Shown here piece after piece: positions 57,298-64,000 of a DNA stretch of 64,000 bases. Origin of the DNA: Blastocladiella emersonii ATCC 22665 (lineage: Eukaryota; Fungi; Blastocladiomycota); assembly GCA_025594325.1 (NCBI GenBank), contig JANHCV010000005.1, positions 682,001 through 746,000 of the forward strand. Reading direction: 5' to 3'. The notes beneath the pieces were generated by a model. That model was not told the origin of the DNA. It saw only the letters and a program-made list of their open reading frames with translations, and searched no databases. A program made the translations under genes and the position numbers. The stretch's first letter is position 1. The number at the start of each line of letters is the position of its first letter.

Positions 57298-57900
57298 TCG
57301 GAGAACGATACACGGCGATGTGATCAAATCAGTGATCGGACCGGGCCGTGTTTCAGGTTGCGCCACGGCACATGAGTGGCGCGTCGCGAGAGTAAATCGC
57401 GTACCCTCTCGACCATCTGAGCGGGCGGGGCACTCGCCAAGTCCTCGGCCGGCAGGTTGTCGTCGTGCACGCCGCTGCGCTCGCTCGCCTCAAACTCGGC
57501 GTTGTCGACGCGCGTGGCGCGCGACTCAGTGCCGGGCAGCATGCCGTCCTCGGGGAGCACGTCGATGCGGTCCATGTCCATGATGATGTCGGCGTAGGAC
57601 GGGTTGTGCTCTTTGAGCCACCTGAGAGCAGCGAGAACGACGTGACGGCGAACCGTGAGCATCTTCTTCATCTCGGGCGTGAGTGACGTGTTGGAGCCGA
57701 CGAGCAGCACGTGCACGGTGTCGGTCATGTCAGACTCGGCGTGCGGCAACATGGCCTCGAGAATGCTCTGCGTGTTCTGCGGGAACGCGATGCAGTTGCC
57801 CTTCATGAAGGACTGGTGCGTGCGCTTGTCGCGGCTGTACCCGAACTTTGACCATGAGGCGGATGAGCGAGATCAACACGCCACACACACCTCCCGACCA
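57298..57900 (-). mobile_element. Helitron RepHel N-terminal remnant (DUF6570-like)
   Basis: MKGNCIAFPQN...LP...TVHVLLVG...LTVRRHVVLAALRWLKEHNPSYADIIMD...LPEDGMLP is characteristic of fungal Helitrons. Confidence 0.85.
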
Positions 57901-58110
57901 TCAACGAAGAAAAGCTCGACATCGAACACTTGTTACTCGCAGAACGATAGCGGATGCGAAAAGGCCCTGTCAAGCGAATTGCCATCCTGATCAAGTCCTG
58001 ACCCGGCGCGCGGTGTCACCAGCCAGCTCCCAAATCTGTACTTTCAGGACGCATAGCACACAAGCACAAGAGGTCAATATGTACAGTAGGTAGAGTTTAT
58101 CATCAAACCT

Positions 58111-58728
58111 TTAAAAATCATTGAGAGACAGAGCGGCAGCAAACTCCGCTCGGATCGTCTCCGATTCCTCGCGAGTCGGCGTGGCGGGGAGCGTAAACGA
58201 CTCGCGGCTGATCGCTTCCACCTCGCCATTGGTGGTCTCGAACTTGGCCTCGAGCCCACAGACGTTGAGGTGACAGGCGAGCATCTTGCAGCCGAGGTCG
58301 AACAGGAGCTCGATGTCGAGGTAGTGCGAGGCGTTGACGAGGTCCGCAATGGACGCGTGCGGCAGCTCCGCGAAGAAGTCGATCTCCCACGGCGAGACGG
58401 GCGCTGAGCAGCAGCACGGCAACGCCGCCTCGGTGGCCCCCTTTTTGCCCTTGGCCATGTTCTGGTTCGCGTTGCCGAGGCGGTGCTCGATCCACTTGAT
58501 GACGAGGTTGAGCGTGGTCTCGGACACCATGGGCAGCGGGATCGGGTCCTCGCTCTCGTCCTTGTCGTCCGTGAGAATGTTCTTGATCCGCACCGACTGT
58601 TCAGCGATCGAGCGCGTGGTGGTGACGTCGGTCCCGTCCATGGTGCGGAGCTTGACCGTCTTGTCACCAGCGCTACCAGCGCTACCAGCGCTACCAGCGC
58701 CGCTGGAGCCCACGTTGGCGTTGCCCAA
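58111..58728 (-). CDS. Divergent Skp1 paralogue; intronless body, 5' end/ATG unresolved
   Basis: TVKLRTMDG, IAEQSVRIKNILTD, DPIPLPMVSETTLNLVIKWIEH, WEIDFF, LVNASHYLDIELLFDLGCKMLA and TREESETIRAE follow the Skp1 pattern; there is no in-frame ATG before the first strand. Confidence 0.8.
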   Translation of the reverse strand: MGNANVGSSGAGSAGSAGSAGDKTVKLRTMDGTDVTTTRSIAEQSVRIKNILTDDKDESEDPIPLPMVSETTLNLVIKWIEHRLGNANQNMAKGKKGATEAALPCCCSAPVSPWEIDFFAELPHASIADLVNASHYLDIELLFDLGCKMLACHLNVCGLEAKFETTNGEVEAISRESFTLPATPTREESETIRAEFAAALSLNDF

Positions 58729-58813
58729 GTCCGTGGCGGGATGCGACTACCAAGCGAGGTATCGGGGGACGGGGACGGGGACGAGTGATCAGTTTGGTAC
58801 GCCGCGGCCCAGT

Positions 58814-60572
58814 TCAGGTCAATCCAGTGGGGATTATCAGGACCGCAATCGAGCAGTCAATAAACAACAAGAGCAGCAACGAGACGCCATGGGAGAGCGC
58901 GCGACCGCTGCTTCGAGTGATCCGTGCCCGCTCCGTCCTTGGACCATCTCTGCCTTCGCCCTCGGGAAGGCACGGGCGCCCGAAGCAGCACGGTCCTGCG
59001 ACGATCGCATGCGTATACTCGCAGCAGTCCCACGGGTGCTCCGTAGTTTCCCTCACCTCCGGCCGCATGTGCGCGAGTGCGCGCCCCACGGAGGGGACAA
59101 GCCGCTCGCCCGCCTATGTTGCCAAGGCGAACAGCTCCAAAATTCATGCGATACCATAGTGCAGCTTGTTACGAGTCGCCCAAGCACAAGTTCGTGCACC
59201 GTACTTGTCGACGTTGGGGGGAAGAAGGCCCTCCAAACGAGCGGCGGCGGCGCGTCGTGTTTCATGTCGCCGTGCGTGACTGGCCGCACGGCGCTTCCGT
59301 TCGGCTTCCCAGCTGCACGGACGGTAACGAAATCAAGCCATCGTACATTTCTCACATCCCATGCCGGCGGCACCACAGCATGCGGAACCACGCGTCGATC
59401 ATCATGACCTCGCCGTCCCACTGGGTGGCCAGCAGCACCTGGCCGCCGTTGTTGGCACTCATGATATGCACCAAGTTCTCCATGCCCGCGGCGAGGTTCT
59501 TGGTGACGACCAGCGCGACGGGCGGCGGCCGAGGAAATTCCAGCGCTGCGGCGGCGGCGGCGTCGGACGGCAGAGGAGCGCCTGGCAGCAGCCCGCCGAA
59601 ACCACCGCTCGCGAGCGAGGCCGACAGGACATCCCACGCGACCTCGTAGTCGAGCCGCTCCAGCGCCGACTTGGAAGTGAAGCTCAGAGGCGCGTACTGC
59701 ACGGGGTCCTGGTGCGGCTCCTGCTCGTCCGAGGACAGCAGCGGGCGGATTTCGCGCATCGTTGCCACGAGACCCCCAAGCCCGTTGGACCGCGCCGGGC
59801 ACCAGTAGTCGACGGCGGGGTCCAGAACGTGCACGCCGACGTGGTGGCGGCCGACGCGGGAACGTGCTCGAGCTTGTAGTCGCGCCGGGTCGTGAAAATC
59901 GTCACGTCGTAGCACCACCACGCGCCGGGCGGCGGCGGGGCCAGGAGCACGTCGGCGAGAAGCTTGGTCCACATGGACGCGACGACAAAGACGGGGATAA
60001 CGGTCGGGACGGTGAGATCCTTGGGCAGGCCGTTGAAGAGAGTCAAGACGTGCGTGCGAAGCGGGAGGGACTCCGGGAAGGCGTTGGCCGAGTCAGCAGC
60101 GGGCTTGGTCATGACCAAGATCAGGGGAGTTGGGTCGTGATCGCACGCGTCACTACAGCGGGCGCGAGGTGGCAGGGCAGCGGGTCGGGGTGTCAGCCAG
60201 CAGCGCGCAGAAAGTGACCGGTCGGAGCTGCGTACACGGCGGCCAGAAATACACGAGCATGTCCTCGTCCTGAGCAGCGACGGCGGCGGCGAAGGCGGCA
60301 GCAGCGCCTTGGTGTCTCGGACATTCTCCAAGTCGAAGCTGCCCGTTCATCCCCGCCACGTGCAGGCGCACATGGTCGGCAAGGTCGCGTCGATGGGCGC
60401 AGACAAACTCCTCGGCACCCTGGGGTTCATTTTCCGGGTGTGTGAAGTGCGACAGCGGCGGGCGTCCCGGCGCAGGCACGGGCGCGGGCGGCGGTGACGA
60501 CGACGAGGACCCGGGGCCCGGGTCGAGCGAGGGTTGATCCGACATATGTTTGCAGCGAGTCCAGGTCGACAA
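58814..60572 (-). pseudogene. Decayed tandem paralogue of the NYN/PIN-like gene
   Basis: VTIFTTRRD, VHVLDPAVDY and RPPPVALVVTKNLAAGMENLVH align with VHIFMLQDS, DVLDAEPDY and RPYPRLLVLVSGDGSFAVMENLVH of the neighbour; several frameshifts; stops at 59144-59146 and 59114-59116; remnant intron 60153-60235. Confidence 0.55.
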
Positions 60573-60924
60573 TGTGTTGATTCGTTGCAGCTTTCGTATC
60601 GCGTCGAGAGCACAGATGTGCGCAAGGCGCTAGGCAAGGCGCTCGCGTTCGAAACGCGACCGACCCCGACGCAACGCTGGATCACCTAACGCCAGACCCC
60701 TCAAGCTGGGAGCCGCTTCGGCTATGCCTGCTCGCCCAAAGCCGCATACTGCCACCGCCGCCTTGCTCTCCCTCTCGCGAAAGGTCAAGATGACGATGAC
60801 GATGCTGATGTGACGTGATCGTGAGCGGGGACATGTTCCTCTTCCAGTATTCATACAAAGCGGCCTCTTTCGATATCACACCACGACGGTCTTCCGTTTC
60901 GATGGCCGCCCCCGTCTCGGCCGC

Positions 60925-62880
60925 TTACTCGGTCGTCTGAGCGAGCTGCGACTGCGAGCCGGCCTGCAGCTCCTCGGCCGCCTCGCCCGTGCCCGCGTCC
61001 ACCACGTCGACAATCACGTCCGCGTCGTCAGTGGGGCCGGTGGCCACGCCCTCAGCCTGCGCCGCGTCGGCGGCCGCCGAGGTGGACCTGCTGTCGCGCG
61101 GCATGCACATATCCGCCCACGCGACACCGACCACCGCCGCTGGCGTCGTGCGGACGCGGAGAGCCCAGCACCCGCCGCCCGTGGCAGCGGCAGCGGCAGC
61201 AGCAACCGTGCCCGGTGCAGCGCCGACCAGGCCGAGCTTGCGGTGCACCAGGTTCTCCATGACTGCGAACGACCCGTCGCCCGACACGAGCACGAGGAGG
61301 CGCGGGTACGGCCGCGCGCACAGCCGCTTGCGCTCCTTCTCAAGGTACTCGACCGACTTGTAGTCCGCGGACTCTTTGAGATCGTGCACGAGATCGTGAA
61401 CCACGACGTAGTCGGGTTCTGCGTCGAGTACATCGCCCCACTACGTGTATGCGCGCGGCGAAGTATCCGTGAGTGAGGGGAGAGCTGAGAGGCCAGTGAG
61501 CAGCAAGCGGGCGCGAGGCGGACGTACCTTGCCCCTGCTATCTTGGAGCATGAAGATGTGGACCTTGACGCCGGGGCGGTCGAATTTGTCGAGCTGCTCC
61601 TTGGTCGCCATGACGTTGTCGCCGTCCCAGGCGAACACAATCGAGGCGGTCCCCATCTGCAGCTGCGGCTGTGGCTGCACCGGCGTCGCGGCCAGCCTGC
61701 AGAACAGCTTGAGGAGCTGGATCAGGGCGCGCAGCATGCGCCGGCCAAGCATCACAACGCGGTTGGCAGCGAGGACGTGCAGCAGATCGCTGGCGTCGAC
61801 CTGGAACCGCTGATGCAGCGCGTCACGGACCTGCTGGTTGTGCGTCGATGTCGCGCCCGCCGCGAGCTGCGCCGCGTGCCGCTCCATGTCGCGCTGCCGC
61901 GCCACGTTCACGTACACCTGGAACGTGGCATAGTCGTCAGCCGCCACCTCGAGTCCCGCCGCGTGCAGGAGGAGGCAGGTGCGCGCGAGTTCGACCAGGA
62001 ACGCGAACGTGGCGGTCGTCGGCGGCTCCGGCATGGGCGGGTCCGCGCCGTGCTCGCGCTTCGCCCCAGCGACGGTCAGCACGTTGGGGTTGAGCAGGCG
62101 CCGGATCGCGTTCAGCATCACCGGCACGTCGGCCTCCTCCCACCCCTTTCCGGGCGTGCGGTTTCCAGGCGCCGTGGACAGCAGGCGCAGCACTGCGACG
62201 ATCTCGGGCAAGGCGTGGCCCGCGAGCGCAGCGACGTACGCGTCGGCTTCCGCGGCGACCGTGCGCGCGTCAGCCATGGCGAGCGCGATGCTCAGGGCAG
62301 GGCCAGTGCACGGCGCGACCGTCCCCTTGTCCTGGGACGGGTCGAGGTACACGAGCCGATACTGGACTGTCGCGTACCTGAGCAGCTGGCACCTGTGCAT
62401 CCGGGCGTCAAGCGGCAGCGCGCCATTGGCGCTGAACGTGTCCCACGCCTGGTCGAGTGCTTGCCGGATCTCGCCGCGGTCCACGCGCCCCGTGCGCACG
62501 AGCTGGGTCGCCGAGTCGTACGCGGGCTGCAGGAACCCAGCCGTCAGCTTGGGCACCCCGTCTCTTGGCGCAGGCATCTCGGCCGTGTTCTTGGCGGCGC
62601 GCAGCAGGACGAGCCCGGGCACCGAGAAGTCGCGCGCGGCATGCGCGTCGGCTGTCGGCACGGGGTACGCGCCGGGCACGAGCTGGTGGCGGATGGCGGG
62701 GATGGTGGGGACCGCGGGGACCGCGACGGGTAGGGCCGCCGTCTCAATGAGCGGCTGATTCGACGCCTGCGCCGGCACCTGGGACTGCGGGTAGGTCGGC
62801 TACACTCGGCGGTCGCGCCGTCAGCACCGGTCATCAGGGTCCAAATCACAGCCGGGCGGCGCGGGCCATACGCCGTCCAT
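60925..62880 (-). CDS. Protein with unknown N-terminal region and C-terminal NYN/PIN-like nuclease domain; exons 62880-62872, 62799-61528, 61440-60925
   Basis: IVFAWDGDNV, KESADYK and LLVLVSGDGSFA follow the NYN/LabA-DUF88 acidic-motif order; two GT-AG introns (72 and 87 nt) restore one frame. Confidence 0.7.
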
Positions 62881-63020
62881 GGCCGGTTGATCTGTTCGTT
62901 GCCCAGATTTACGTTGCAGAGGACCAAGTCGGCCCGTGTGTGAAGCGGCGAGCGATGGCAGCGAGAGGAGGGGAGATCGCGGGGGTGGCCGGGCGGAGCG
63001 GAGCGGAGCCAAGTGATCAA

Positions 63021-63060
63021 CGCGAAACGCGAAACGCGAAACGCGAAACGCGACGCGACG
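63021..63060. promoter_or_regulatory. Tandem (CGCGAAA)4 array about 140-170 bp upstream of the NYN-gene ATG; matches SBF/E2F-type sites
   Basis: Four perfect 7-bp units at 63021-63048, followed by CGCGACGCGACG. Confidence 0.5.
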
Positions 63061-63224
63061 TGCAGCAGCGCGGCCCAAAAATAACCCGCGTGTGGCGCAG
63101 CGCGATCAGCGCGCACAACGACGCGCATCCGCCACGCTCGCTCAGGGAGTCGCGTGCGGTACCGGTCTCACCTCACCGTCTCGCCGCGGGTGCGGAATGC
63201 AGCCGCGTCCCGAGTCCGGTTCGG

Positions 63225-63288
63225 CTGCACGGTGGCGTGAAAGCGCACGCTGTCCTCGGAGTTGACGCCGCCGCCATGGTGGTCTAGT
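63225..63288 (+). pseudogene. Remnant of the 3' end of the small membrane gene at 53117
   Basis: GGVKAHAVLGVDAAAMVV* vs AGVKAQAMRAADAAAMVV*; shared 25-nt GACGCCGCCGCCATGGTGGTCTAGT. Confidence 0.7.
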
Positions 63289-63498
63289 GTCGTGCCTTAC
63301 CATTGCCATGGGCGCGATCCGCCATGCCGCATACCCAGTAGCTTGGCCGCTTCTTTGAGTCCACCGTGCGAGAGTTCGGTTGATGCAATACATTCATTCA
63401 ATCCGTGCTTGATCTACGAGTCCACTCCTCGTCTACGCTCCTCACCACCTGATTTGAGCGAGACCCGCATGATGAGAAGGAGAAGAACCAACACTGTA

Positions 63499-64000
63499 TC
63501 ACAACACTCCCGTGCTCACCGCGAGATACCGCGCAAACGCCTCGCGCACCTCCTTCGTCTCTGGCCCTCGGTCCGCGAGCGCCCACGCGAGCCGCGCCAT
63601 GGATTCAGCGCCGAGATCCTCGAGCCCGTACGCGTCGCGCGCCGTGTACTCGACGGCCCACCGCGGCCGCGGTGCCGTGAGGTTGAGGAAGAACTGCGTG
63701 TAGTCGAGGAGCGGGCCACCGCTGCGGTCGTACTCGACGCGGCGCACCGCCGAGTAGTAGTTGGGGACGACCGACGGGGCGACGAGGGCTACGCTGAGGT
63801 TCGCCGATTTCGGGGAAGGGAATGTAAGCGCCGAGTGTACCGCGCGCGCGTACTCGGACCGCGGAAGGTGCTGCCGCGTCATCTCGGTCACCGCAACCCC
63901 GCCGTTGGTCTCCTCGGTCGCGGACAGCAGGACAAAGTGATCGACGTTCACGTGCCCGAACACCTGCCCCGCGACCGCGTCGTCGAACTCGCGCACTATC
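63499..64000 (-). CDS. PPN1: 3' end of an endopolyphosphatase Ppn1-like metallophosphoesterase; the gene continues beyond the window
   Basis: GQVFGHVNVDHF, VALVAPSVVPNYYSAVRRVEY, LLDYTQFFLNLT and EYTARDAYGLEDL. Confidence 0.8.
   Translation of the reverse strand, partial: IVREFDDAVAGQVFGHVNVDHFVLLSATEETNGGVAVTEMTRQHLPRSEYARAVHSALTFPSPKSANLSVALVAPSVVPNYYSAVRRVEYDRSGGPLLDYTQFFLNLTAPRPRWAVEYTARDAYGLEDLGAESMARLAWALADRGPETKEVREAFARYLAVSTGVL

Noticed and set aside
1-64000. tRNA, rRNA or other structured ncRNA genes
   Set aside because: No cloverleaf, A/B-box or rRNA signature was recognised by eye; tRNAscan-SE or Infernal would be needed to exclude them.

Overview
This is GC-rich eukaryotic genomic DNA with short GT-AG introns (54-87 nt, one of 401 nt; donors mostly GTACGC/GTACGT/GTGCGT) and the standard genetic code. 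Gene content and style suggest an early-diverging, possibly zoosporic fungus; this is inference and the organism cannot be fixed from sequence alone. Two tightly packed housekeeping blocks lie at about 20.2-37.2 kb and 43.5-50 kb. They carry mitochondrial EF-Tu, G-patch Pxr1, homocysteine methyltransferase, a Sch9/Ypk1-like kinase, kelch-BTB, an EH protein, ZW10, Cdc50, a bacterial-type desaturase, DUF1624, GT90 and an SH3 membrane protein. These alternate with visibly less GC-rich accessory islands (about 3.5-5.2, 7-20, 37.4-43.4 and 50-64 kb) that are rich in pseudogenes and mobile DNA. The main unexplained system is a six-copy, apparently lineage-specific family of about 750-aa proteins with an F-box-like N-terminus and a conserved CxxC-containing C-terminal domain. 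Only one copy is intact. A highly diverged, intronless Skp1 paralogue lies in the same window, directly 5' of a Helitron remnant. Other structures are: a LINE fragment with a 16-bp target-site duplication inside an internally deleted Helitron; a direct segmental duplication with reciprocal gene decay; a NYN/PIN-like nuclease gene with a tandem CGCGAAA promoter array and a decayed tandem paralogue; and a 1.1-kb TIR element. No rRNA, tRNA or CRISPR array was recognised. All homology calls come from motif recognition by eye; no database search was run.
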